From the IMG/VR virus record IMGVR_UViG_3300025372_000012, positions 39,501 to 103,500 of that record: 64,000 bases of DNA. One strand, given 5' to 3'. This DNA comes from a virus. Its lineage: Duplodnaviria > Caudoviricetes. Below are positions 1 to 9,757 of the stretch, in pieces (the stretch's first letter is position 1; each line of letters starts with the position of its first letter). The notes beneath the pieces were generated by a model that searched no databases, was not told where the DNA came from, and saw only the letters and a list, made by a program, of their open reading frames with translations. The translations under genes were made by a program, and so were the position numbers.

Positions 1-19
1 TTAATTTAGATCTCAATAG

Positions 20-44
20 AAAGGACTCTTCGGAGTCCTTTTTT
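20..44 (+). terminator. Intrinsic terminator with C(UUCG)G loop
   Basis: aaaggactc-ttcg-gagtccttt followed by a T-run. Confidence 0.85.
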
Positions 45-51
45 ATTATGG

Positions 52-57
52 TAAATA
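52..57 (+). promoter_or_regulatory. Putative late promoter TAAATA
   Basis: Core of the T4 late promoter TATAAATA, just after the terminator and 4 nt before ATG 62. Confidence 0.55.
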
Positions 58-61
58 TGTG

Positions 62-571
62 ATGAGCACCAAATGGTATACCCCAAATAACTTTATTCAA
101 TATGCAGAAGATGAGTCACATATTCGTTGGAATACAGCCGACTTCGAAGTTGTTAAAACATTAAACGGCGGAGTTCCTTTATCTGCACCGTTGTTACACA
201 TTGCTAGACAACCAAGAAACGATATAACAATGAAAACTTGGTATATACGTGCAACAAATTTTAATTTTCAAAATTTACCACACACAATTTCCGGAATACA
301 ATTTAAGTTTGACGTTGATAGAGTAGGTCGTGTATTTGACGAAACGATTCAATTGACCTTTAACGAAGAATTAATAGGTGAAAATAAATGTTCTATGATT
401 GTAGATCCTACACAAATATATGGAAGCGCTACTGATACGTGGAAGGTTGGAAATATTAATAGCATTGTACAAGATCCTACATTTGGAATAGTAGTAAGAT
501 TAAAAAGTCATCCTCAGTGGCCGCATAAGACTGCTCCTATTTTAAGAGGCATGGCATTGCAGATCTACTAA
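62..571 (+). CDS. Hypothetical protein, probably virion-associated
   Basis: Clean ORF (GTG 59 or ATG 62) heading the structural cluster; no family recognised. Confidence 0.7.
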   Translation: MSTKWYTPNNFIQYAEDESHIRWNTADFEVVKTLNGGVPLSAPLLHIARQPRNDITMKTWYIRATNFNFQNLPHTISGIQFKFDVDRVGRVFDETIQLTFNEELIGENKCSMIVDPTQIYGSATDTWKVGNINSIVQDPTFGIVVRLKSHPQWPHKTAPILRGMALQIY

Positions 572-602
572 ACGAATAAATACCCTAAAGGAATCTAGAA
601 TA

Positions 603-3600
603 ATGACGGGAATAAGAAAATCAGGTACACGATCATTAGCACCAACTAATGGAGCAATACAATCAAGCAGTGGTGTACCATCTTTATCACAGAAAGATAA
701 CGGCGTTACTTTAATCCTATCGTCGGCAACTCAAGTTGGCGGATACTTACAATTGGTGAACAAAACTTCACCTAACCCTGTAATTGTTTTTAAAAATAAT
801 ACACAGAACGTTGGAAATACTAACAATCCTACCGCGACTGACCCTGTTTCCATTGACCAGACAATATTCAGTAACACGGCAGAACGTCAATTAGCCGGTG
901 CATATTTTTCTGGTGGGGTAGGTATTGAGAAAGATTTAGCGGTAGGTGGATTTATCTACGGTCGTATTGCGTCTGCAAACTCTGCCACCACAAGTAGTAA
1001 TATTGTAGTTCTTAAAACAAATGAAAATGCCACTTACTATCCATTGATGACTGATAGTTCGGGTATTATTCAACAAGGTGCTAACTTATATGCTGACATT
1101 TTAAATCAAGATGCTACAGCAGGCGGTTTTAAATATAATCCGTATCTTGGAAAATTAACAACTGAAAGAATCCATGTTGACGGTACAGATAATTCTACCG
1201 GCATAACATCTGGCGCATTAGTAGTTGATGGTGGTGTAGGTATTGCATATGACCTTAACATAGGTGGCAACATATTACCCGCCGCAGCAGATGCTACAAC
1301 AATCGGTGCTGACGGTCTTGAATGGGCTGATGCATACCTTAATAAAGTATACTCAAAATTTGTTGGTAGTACAGCAAGCAACCTAACACTTGCACCGGGC
1401 GCAGGATTAACTGATGTGTTTGGTGATATACGTGTACGTGGTCAAAATCCAATTGGTACTGCTCCTATCATTACAAACACATTGTATGTTACTATGGACG
1501 GCGACGATACTAACGACGGTCGTGCTCAAGATGCTAGCCGTGCTTGCCGTACTATTGGTGGTGCAATGAAGTCACCTTACTATCAACCAGGAACACAAAT
1601 CCTTGTAAGCCCTGGTAGATATTTAGAAAACAATCCTTTAGAAATGAAGCCATATACTTCTGTTAGAGGCAGTGACATTCGTACAACATTTATTGAACCT
1701 ATTAACAAGACACAAGATTTATTCCACGTAAACAGCGGATGCTACTTAAACTACATGAACTTCTTAAACGGACGTAGTGGTCGTTTAGAAGGTGCATATG
1801 ATCAAAGATTTAACCGTGGTGCATATTGTGCAACATTTCCTCCACAAACTGGAGACAATAGAATTGACGTATTCCAATCTCCGTACATTCAAAACTGCAC
1901 AAACCAAAGTGGTCCGTGGTTAAAAGATGGAACAATGTTCTTACCGAACAACACGGTACAAGTTCCTGCGGCAGTTGGTATAGCGTCTTGGCCTGCTAAT
2001 ACAACAACCATTGTTGTTTCTATGTCAACTGGTACATTAAGTATCGGACAAAGTATCAACGTTGGTCAACAAAATCCAGGATTCTTTAATGCTCGTACAT
2101 TGTTGTTGGCCAACAAACCGTTCATTCAAAGTCAAACGGTCGCATGGGTTGATGCAACATTTAACAGCGGATCCTTTACATACGATCAGGCTAAATGTGC
2201 TCGAGACACTGGTCTAATTGTTGATGCAATTGCAACAGATATGTTGTACAATAGCACCAGCGATAGTATGTTTGCAGGTATACAATACTGGAATCAAGAT
2301 ACTTATACTGGAAATATTTCTTCAGAGATAACAGCAACCATTGCGGCTATTAATCATCTTAAAGGAATTGTATTAGGTGAGATAAGCAGTGGTAATCAAT
2401 CAGCAGTTACTACATTGTTTAACGACATAACAGGTATTTTAACATCTGGTACTTCCGGAATAACTGATCAAATAGTTTACGGCGGCCTGCCTACAACTAA
2501 TGCAACAACCGTAAACGATTATAATACATTACAAACAAATAGATCTTCTATACAAGACAGCGTTATTTCTTGGATCAACTCAACATATCCTGGATTAGAT
2601 TATAATCAAGATACCTGCCGAAGAGATACTGGTTTTATTCTAGATAGTGTATGTTTTGATTTGTTGCATGGCGGTAATGTTCAAAGTATCAAGAGCGGTG
2701 TATATTACTACGGATACAGCAACGTAAACACGTTAGCTGGAACTAATGAGGTTCCTGCGACTACAGCGGCTTACAATTTTATCAAGAGTATTATTCCTAA
2801 CATCGTCGAAGGTAACCAATTATTAAAAACTTATCAGTTCAGTGTAAGTCAAGTTACAAACTTGCCTGCTGGTACAGCGCATGAAGTTACTACGCTACAA
2901 AATAACATTGATGTCATAACTGGTATTATTAGAAATGGTCCTGACTATGCTGGACCAAAAACACCTATCAACTTAACTGAGAATACTTCTGTTGGTGTTC
3001 TTAACGCTTACAATTTATTAAAAGCTAACCTTAATTTTATCAAGGCAGAAGTTGTTGCATTCATTAATCAAACAATGAATAATTTTGATTATAACAGACA
3101 ACTTTGCTACAGAGATGCAGGTATTATTGTAGAGAACATGGCTTACGACATGACATTTGGTGGAAACCAAAAGAGTGTTGAAAGTGGTTTAGCATACTAC
3201 CGCGGCGTAACAAGTGTTATTGCTGGACAAGAAACACAGACAATAGGTGCAATTGATTATATTGGATACCTATGCAAGCTAATTGTACAAAATCAAACAT
3301 GTCCAATTTTAATTCCTCCTGCAAATATCCCTACGGCTACACAGGTAATTAACACAGCACTAACTGGTGGTGATATTGTATTGCCTTCAATTGGCAAGTT
3401 GTTTAATATTACAACTAACATTATTGAGAATGGACCAAGTGCGGCACCTGACATCTTTATTAGTACAGGTCCTGATGCCGCATTTGTCAGCGCAGAAGTA
3501 TTGTTACATGCTAATCGTACATTTATTCAAGAAAACGTTGTTAACTATATCAACTATAACTTATGCAATCCTCCTAAAGCACTTCCTTATAATCAGATTA

Positions 3601-6600
3601 AGTGTCGTAGAGATGCAGGAGTTATTCTTGATAGTGTAGCAATTGACTTGTTATTCTCAACTCCTACTAACACACAAGCTACCTTCTCTGGATTACAATA
3701 TTTTAATCAAGGCGGCTATACTGGACAAATTTCTCAAGAAATTAATCCTACAATTGATGCAGTAACATACCTAAGAGATTTAAGTGTTAAGGTTGTACAA
3801 AATATTACTACAGCCACTGATGCCTTAATCGGTGTTACTCGTTATAGCAATGGTGTTCAGACAACATCTAGCAACTATGCAAGTAGTGCAGAAGTTGCTA
3901 CGCTTCGCAGTGAATTTGGAATCATCTTAACTATACTTAACGGACAGACAACTGGATGGACTGATCAAATTGTTCCAAACGGCGGAACTGCAAGTGATTT
4001 AACCAGTGTTCAAAATACCGTAAATCTACTGCAAGAAAATAAAACTTACATGGCGCAAGAAGTTACTGCTTATGTAAATGCTAATAATCCAGGATTTACA
4101 TATTCAACAAGTACATGTCAGCGAGATGTAGGATATATTATTGATAGTTTATGTTTTGATTTACTATACGGCGGTAACCGTCAAGCAATTCAATCTGGTC
4201 TAAGTTATTACACCAGTGCAATTGATACCACGGTAATTCCTAACGAAACTACTGCTACGGTTGATGCATTTACATTTATGGGCAACGTGGCTTCTTCATT
4301 AATACAAGGTATTCCGTACACTCCTTTACAGACCAAAGTTAAACCTGTATTAACGTTACCTGCTAGTGATAGTGTAAACGCCGGAGTTGTAACAACAATT
4401 ATCAGCACAATTACAAATATTGTTGCAAATGGTCCTAGTGTAGCAGCTACACTTGTTCCTGTAACACTATCTCGTTCTACTGCAAGTGCTACAATATCTG
4501 CATTTGAAATATTAACTGCTAACCGTAACTTTATTGTAGAAGAAACTATTTCTTACTTAGACCAAACTTACAATGCTGGATCTTTCAACTATAATCAAGA
4601 ATTATGTTTTAGAGATACAGGATTAATTATTGATGCAGTAAGTCAAGATATATTACTTGGCGGCAATCGCAAGTCTATTGAAGCAGGTTTAAGTTACTGG
4701 AATCAAGGTTATAACTATGTTACAGGCCAAGAGACAACTACTACAGCGGCTATTAATTATGCTAGAGATTTAGCACTACAAGTAATTGCCAATGTGTCAG
4801 TTACTCCTGTTACTGGTACGGTGGCAACACAAGTTATTAATCCGTTCTACCAATACGGTAGCGACTATATGCCGCAACAGGCCGTTGCTCGTAACTTTAA
4901 TATTATAACTAATATCATCGAAAACGGTCCAAGCGTAACTCCGCCAGTTTACATAGGAGGCGGAATTTATCCGTTGACAGGTCCTAACGGTGATATTGTA
5001 ACGGTTGCACCTACCGTTACTTACATCAATAAAGTCTCTACAGGAACTTATGTAGTTGGTTTGAACACAAGTACTATTGGATTTGGTGATAATGCAACTA
5101 TATACTTTGGAAAAACTTACGTTTATCCTTTACAAGATCCGCAAGTCGAAGCATTGAGCTTACAATTAACTGGCAACACAAGCACTTGGAACATTCGTAA
5201 AGTTGATCCAATCGGCGCAATGGGTGGAGCATTAGTTGACGGTGCTGTAGTTAGCGATCGTAGTCCGATTCAATCGTTTGTTTTTGATGCGTTCACACAA
5301 TTGAACCAAGGCGGTATTGGTGTTAAAGTTACCAACAACGGATACGCACAGCTAGTTTCTGTGTTCACAATCTTCTGTTCAGTTGGTGTACAATGTGATA
5401 ACGGCGGTATTGCTTCTATCACAAACTCCAATTGTAACTTTGGTGATATCTCGTTGTTGGCCAAAGGCTATGGTACTAGATCGTTTAGCGGTACGGTATT
5501 CAACCCTGCATATCGTTCATACCCATTTAGCCCACAGGGCACTGATGGTAACGGAAATCCGTTACCATACTTAGACCAATTCTACCCAACAGGCTATTGG
5601 CCAAACAACGGTGGTAAAGTTGAAATATTTGTACCAGACGATGCTAATAGACCACATATTGGTCAGGTTATGGAAATTATTCCTCCAGAAGGACATGTTA
5701 ACGAACAGGGTTTCTCTGGATTCTTAAACACGCAACCTAGCACCAGCACAATTACAACAGGTACAATTAACTTATCGAGTATTGATACCACAGATGTATT
5801 TGTAGGAAATACCGTTTATATTCGAGATCAATTTGGTCGTCAATGGGACGATAATGGTGTATGGTATGCAGCCACAGGAACCGTAGTTGCCGATGTTAAC
5901 TATAACAGCATCAGTTTGAATAAATCGTTAACCAGTGGCGGCGGTGATCCTCTAAATCCAACATACTTTACAATATACTTCTGCGGAAATAGTTACTACA
6001 CCGTACAAACAAGTCAGATTGCAGATCAACCTTATGCACCTAACACTAATATCTTAAGTGCAAATAGTAATTCTTCCTATCAAGGACCTGCAACAAGTCA
6101 AATTTCTGCACACATCTCTGCTGTAAATTATCTACAAACCGTTGTTGACAAAGTTATTGCTAATATTCCTGTAACAAAAACTTCAGGAAATACTAGCACA
6201 CAAGTAATTAATGCAACCGTTGTCGGTGGAGCAGCCGCACAACCATTCATTGACTTGCGATTCAAGTACATGACTGACATTATTGGCGCCGCAAACATTA
6301 CCGCCGCTGAAGCGGTAGTTCCACAAAGTCAAATTACAACTTCAGGTACGGTTCCGACAGGTGCAGGTAATGCAGTTGTGTTGATAACCAGTAACATCGA
6401 TTTCATTGCACAAGAAGTAGCCGCTTATGTTGCAATAAATCTTGCAGGCGGGTTAGGTGACTATAACACTGACAAATGTAATCGAGATATTAAATTAATT
6501 TTACAACAACTAATTTATGATCTACAATCTGGTGGAAACTACAATAGTGTTTACAGCGGATTAAGTTATTGGAGTCGTCTGGGTACTTACCACATTGTTG

Positions 6601-6944
6601 AATTAGGTGAAGCAGTTAACCGACCAGACTTATTCCCAGACGGATCAACAGCTAACTTCTATCAACGTAGTTACATTTCAGCATCTGGTTACTTGTTCGA
6701 ATATGTAGGTGCTGGAACTAACTATGGTGCATTGCCTCAACGAGGCGTTGCTGATCCTGTACAATCTAAAGAAACCGTTCAGTTAAATGCAGGTAAAGTA
6801 TTCTTTACAAGTACTGACCAAAACGGTGACTTCCGAATTGGTCCAGGATTGGTTATTAGTCAAGCAACAGGTGTTCTAAGCGGTAGAACATTTGTACAAT
6901 CATTATATGCAAATATGACACCGTTCATATTGGCAATTGAATAA
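603..6944 (+). CDS. Giant virion structural protein (2113 aa) with beta-helix-like segments and seven helical C-x-R-D repeats
   Basis: Motifs LYVTMDGDDTNDG, SPYIQNC, AFTQLNQGGIG and FTSTDQNGDFRIG resemble large T4-like phage structural proteins; SD aagga and TAAATA upstream. Confidence 0.8.
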   Translation: MTGIRKSGTRSLAPTNGAIQSSSGVPSLSQKDNGVTLILSSATQVGGYLQLVNKTSPNPVIVFKNNTQNVGNTNNPTATDPVSIDQTIFSNTAERQLAGAYFSGGVGIEKDLAVGGFIYGRIASANSATTSSNIVVLKTNENATYYPLMTDSSGIIQQGANLYADILNQDATAGGFKYNPYLGKLTTERIHVDGTDNSTGITSGALVVDGGVGIAYDLNIGGNILPAAADATTIGADGLEWADAYLNKVYSKFVGSTASNLTLAPGAGLTDVFGDIRVRGQNPIGTAPIITNTLYVTMDGDDTNDGRAQDASRACRTIGGAMKSPYYQPGTQILVSPGRYLENNPLEMKPYTSVRGSDIRTTFIEPINKTQDLFHVNSGCYLNYMNFLNGRSGRLEGAYDQRFNRGAYCATFPPQTGDNRIDVFQSPYIQNCTNQSGPWLKDGTMFLPNNTVQVPAAVGIASWPANTTTIVVSMSTGTLSIGQSINVGQQNPGFFNARTLLLANKPFIQSQTVAWVDATFNSGSFTYDQAKCARDTGLIVDAIATDMLYNSTSDSMFAGIQYWNQDTYTGNISSEITATIAAINHLKGIVLGEISSGNQSAVTTLFNDITGILTSGTSGITDQIVYGGLPTTNATTVNDYNTLQTNRSSIQDSVISWINSTYPGLDYNQDTCRRDTGFILDSVCFDLLHGGNVQSIKSGVYYYGYSNVNTLAGTNEVPATTAAYNFIKSIIPNIVEGNQLLKTYQFSVSQVTNLPAGTAHEVTTLQNNIDVITGIIRNGPDYAGPKTPINLTENTSVGVLNAYNLLKANLNFIKAEVVAFINQTMNNFDYNRQLCYRDAGIIVENMAYDMTFGGNQKSVESGLAYYRGVTSVIAGQETQTIGAIDYIGYLCKLIVQNQTCPILIPPANIPTATQVINTALTGGDIVLPSIGKLFNITTNIIENGPSAAPDIFISTGPDAAFVSAEVLLHANRTFIQENVVNYINYNLCNPPKALPYNQIKCRRDAGVILDSVAIDLLFSTPTNTQATFSGLQYFNQGGYTGQISQEINPTIDAVTYLRDLSVKVVQNITTATDALIGVTRYSNGVQTTSSNYASSAEVATLRSEFGIILTILNGQTTGWTDQIVPNGGTASDLTSVQNTVNLLQENKTYMAQEVTAYVNANNPGFTYSTSTCQRDVGYIIDSLCFDLLYGGNRQAIQSGLSYYTSAIDTTVIPNETTATVDAFTFMGNVASSLIQGIPYTPLQTKVKPVLTLPASDSVNAGVVTTIISTITNIVANGPSVAATLVPVTLSRSTASATISAFEILTANRNFIVEETISYLDQTYNAGSFNYNQELCFRDTGLIIDAVSQDILLGGNRKSIEAGLSYWNQGYNYVTGQETTTTAAINYARDLALQVIANVSVTPVTGTVATQVINPFYQYGSDYMPQQAVARNFNIITNIIENGPSVTPPVYIGGGIYPLTGPNGDIVTVAPTVTYINKVSTGTYVVGLNTSTIGFGDNATIYFGKTYVYPLQDPQVEALSLQLTGNTSTWNIRKVDPIGAMGGALVDGAVVSDRSPIQSFVFDAFTQLNQGGIGVKVTNNGYAQLVSVFTIFCSVGVQCDNGGIASITNSNCNFGDISLLAKGYGTRSFSGTVFNPAYRSYPFSPQGTDGNGNPLPYLDQFYPTGYWPNNGGKVEIFVPDDANRPHIGQVMEIIPPEGHVNEQGFSGFLNTQPSTSTITTGTINLSSIDTTDVFVGNTVYIRDQFGRQWDDNGVWYAATGTVVADVNYNSISLNKSLTSGGGDPLNPTYFTIYFCGNSYYTVQTSQIADQPYAPNTNILSANSNSSYQGPATSQISAHISAVNYLQTVVDKVIANIPVTKTSGNTSTQVINATVVGGAAAQPFIDLRFKYMTDIIGAANITAAEAVVPQSQITTSGTVPTGAGNAVVLITSNIDFIAQEVAAYVAINLAGGLGDYNTDKCNRDIKLILQQLIYDLQSGGNYNSVYSGLSYWSRLGTYHIVELGEAVNRPDLFPDGSTANFYQRSYISASGYLFEYVGAGTNYGALPQRGVADPVQSKETVQLNAGKVFFTSTDQNGDFRIGPGLVISQATGVLSGRTFVQSLYANMTPFILAIE
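2178..6575 (+). repeat. Seven copies of a Y-x4-C-x-R-D-x-G-x-I...D-[LMI]-x2-GGN protein repeat
   Basis: Cys codons at 2196, 2616, 3105, 3603, 4116, 4605 and 6477; GGN is present in five of the seven copies. Confidence 0.9.
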
Positions 6945-6955
6945 CAGGAAAGATT

Positions 6956-7339
6956 ATGGCACAATTACCATTAAATAAATTTTTAACAAAGACAGCATTG
7001 TTATCCACTAGCACAACTGCTACGGTTTACACAGCACCGATTGGTGTAACCGCTATTGTGTTAATGGCGCAAGTTGCTAACTTAGACACAAACCCACATG
7101 CTGTAACTTTTGTTCATCATAGATACAAGACTATTCTTCCTGATGCTCAAGGATTTGGCGGACAACCGGGAAACACGGATAGCATGTTAGTTAGTCAATA
7201 TGCTATTCCGCCAAATGATGCAGGAACACCACTAAGTGGAAAATTAATCATCGAAGAATTAGATAGTATTCGTGCGTATGCAGATACAACGGGGACAATG
7301 CAACTAGTATTAAGTATACTACAGACAGCAAATAGTTAA
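6956..7339 (+). CDS. Small virion protein (beta-sandwich type)
   Basis: TVYTAP...AIVLMAQVAN pattern common in structural clusters of T4-like phages; SD agga. Confidence 0.65.
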   Translation: MAQLPLNKFLTKTALLSTSTTATVYTAPIGVTAIVLMAQVANLDTNPHAVTFVHHRYKTILPDAQGFGGQPGNTDSMLVSQYAIPPNDAGTPLSGKLIIEELDSIRAYADTTGTMQLVLSILQTANS

Positions 7340-7353
7340 TAGGACAATATATA

Positions 7354-8547
7354 ATGCCAGGATTATTAAGTGGATCAATTTTAAGATCAGGAGGCAGCGG
7401 TCAGTTTATTAAACTAGCCAATGCTATGCCACAACTTCCTGCAACTCCTAGTACAAGCACAGGCTATACACTTATAACAAGTAATAAGTTAGTAACTACC
7501 TACGCTACCAGCTTAGGTAATGTGCAATTTAATGCTGGTACAATGTATGCCAACGTTACAGGAACAAATTTACAACTAATAGGAACTGGAACTTTAGCAG
7601 TTATAGTATCTGGCGGAACTGCAACAACATCAACTAACACAGGTGCATTAATTGTAGAAGGTGGTTTAGGTGTTTGGGGTAATGCGTATGTTGGTGGTAA
7701 TTTAGTATCTACTATGTTTACAGCAACCACTGCAACAATACAAAATCTTAGTGTACAAAATTTAGATGTATATTCTACAGGCACATTCCACTTAGACTTA
7801 ATTGTAGATCAAAATGCAAATTTGTTTGGCGAATTAAATGTTGTAGGACAAGGATCTGTAAACATATCACCTGAAGCAGCCAGTGTATCTATTGAACCTA
7901 CTTTAGGCGGGTCGGTTACTATTCAACCAAGTCTGACTGGTAATATTAACAATATGATCATTGGGGCATTTGAACCTCAAGATTCATATTTTTTAAATTC
8001 CTATGCAAATAATTTTATAGGTCTTGCTACAACTTCAACTAACATTGCAGGCGGCGCACTAGGTAGTATTCCATACCAAACAAGTAGCGGAACCACTGCA
8101 TTTATCAGCATAGGTAGCACAAATACCGTATTGGTATCAAACGGAACAACTGCAACTTGGTCAAGTTCAGCAAACCTTTCTGTATCAACTGCAACTTATG
8201 CTAACAATGTTTTTGTCACATCAACATCTAGCGGAAACTACGGTGTTATGTTAAGTACTGCAACTAATGCTTACGGAAAGTTAGAAGAGGATTCATACTT
8301 TACATATAATTCTGATTATAGACAACTTTCTGTTCCTAGCATTGAAGCATCGCAGAGCATTTACAGCCGAGAAGGTAACCCTAACGAAAATAATTTATTG
8401 TATGTACCAATATCAACATTATCAATAGGAACACCCCCATCTAATCCACGCCTTGGAGATTTTTGGATCGACCCAAGTCAGGGTGCAACATTCCAGTTTA
8501 TGTTAGACGGTTCAAATAGAGTTTGGGTACAATTTACAGGACTATAA
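7354..8547 (+). CDS. Tail fibre-like protein
   Basis: Thr/Ser/Gly-rich; TGALIVEGGLG and AGGALGSIPYQT motifs; C-terminal TPPSNPRLGDFWID. Confidence 0.7.
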   Translation: MPGLLSGSILRSGGSGQFIKLANAMPQLPATPSTSTGYTLITSNKLVTTYATSLGNVQFNAGTMYANVTGTNLQLIGTGTLAVIVSGGTATTSTNTGALIVEGGLGVWGNAYVGGNLVSTMFTATTATIQNLSVQNLDVYSTGTFHLDLIVDQNANLFGELNVVGQGSVNISPEAASVSIEPTLGGSVTIQPSLTGNINNMIIGAFEPQDSYFLNSYANNFIGLATTSTNIAGGALGSIPYQTSSGTTAFISIGSTNTVLVSNGTTATWSSSANLSVSTATYANNVFVTSTSSGNYGVMLSTATNAYGKLEEDSYFTYNSDYRQLSVPSIEASQSIYSREGNPNENNLLYVPISTLSIGTPPSNPRLGDFWIDPSQGATFQFMLDGSNRVWVQFTGL

Positions 8548-8556
8548 GAGTAGAAT

Positions 8557-9741
8557 ATGTCATCAATATTTCCATCAAATCCGCAAACAGGCGATAAGTT
8601 TATTGTAGGAACCACAACATACCAGTGGACAGGCTATGCTTGGATTAAAGTAAATGAAACTACTCAGTTAACGAACCTTACTCTACAGAATTTAACTGCT
8701 ACAAATTCTATTGTAATCACATCAGCCACTAATGCTGTTAGCACCGTATCAGGTGCATTTCAGGTTGTTGGTGGTGTAGGTATAGGAAAAGATGTATGGA
8801 TTGGCGGTACGGTCCACATTGCAAATACATCAACTATTGCAAATGCAGATATTATAACAACCGCAACATTGGCTCAGTATGTTAAACAACCACTATTTGT
8901 TGCAGGAACTGACACGGTCATTACTACATCTACAGCAGGATATATAGAAACCGTAACAATTTGGAACACAAGTACTCTACAGAGTGTAACAGATAGAGGA
9001 AATGTTACTACAGATTCTATCAAAATTCTCAATGCAACCAGTGCGACATCTACTACAACAGGTGCATTAGTTGTAACAGGTGGCATTGCCGCAGGCGGCG
9101 ACTTATGGTTAGGTGGCACAATTTATAGTGCAGGCGTTCCTGTTATTACAACTTCATCACTTATAAATTCTTTCACAGCTGGTGCTGATATTAAAATTGT
9201 ATCAACAGCGTCCTTAACGGGTCAAGTGTTATTAATTTCTAACACTTCTACACTTGAAACCGTTACAAGCCGCGGTAATAGTACTGATTACCAGGTATTT
9301 TTTACAAATACTACAGAGTCTATATCAAGTAGTACAGGTGCAGTAGTTATCAGCGGCGGTCTAGGAGTAGCAAAACGTATAAACAGCGAAAGTATTCAAA
9401 TCGCTGACACCGTGATGGATTCTGGACAAATTCTGGTAAATACAACTGATACAACGGTAATAGATATGTATCCGACAACACAATATAGGTCGGCAAAGTA
9501 TCTAATACAAATAGATGATGGAACTGGGCCTTCTGCAAATTTTGAAACTATCGAAATTTTGTTGTTGATTGATAACAATAAAACGGTATACGCCACAGAG
9601 TACGCAGTTCTTACATCGAATGGAGAATTAGGTGAGTTTGCGGCGGATGTGCAAAATGACAATATGTTGAGATTATATTTTACGGCATATCAAGCATCAA
9701 ACAAATCATTGAGGATTTTTAGAACTGGAATGACGGTTTAA
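8557..9741 (+). CDS. Tail fibre-like protein
   Basis: Three GAxxVxGG repeats; C-terminal YRSAKYLIQ...TEYA domain. Confidence 0.7.
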   Translation: MSSIFPSNPQTGDKFIVGTTTYQWTGYAWIKVNETTQLTNLTLQNLTATNSIVITSATNAVSTVSGAFQVVGGVGIGKDVWIGGTVHIANTSTIANADIITTATLAQYVKQPLFVAGTDTVITTSTAGYIETVTIWNTSTLQSVTDRGNVTTDSIKILNATSATSTTTGALVVTGGIAAGGDLWLGGTIYSAGVPVITTSSLINSFTAGADIKIVSTASLTGQVLLISNTSTLETVTSRGNSTDYQVFFTNTTESISSSTGAVVISGGLGVAKRINSESIQIADTVMDSGQILVNTTDTTVIDMYPTTQYRSAKYLIQIDDGTGPSANFETIEILLLIDNNKTVYATEYAVLTSNGELGEFAADVQNDNMLRLYFTAYQASNKSLRIFRTGMTV

Positions 9742-9757
9742 CTAAGGAATAAAGAGT

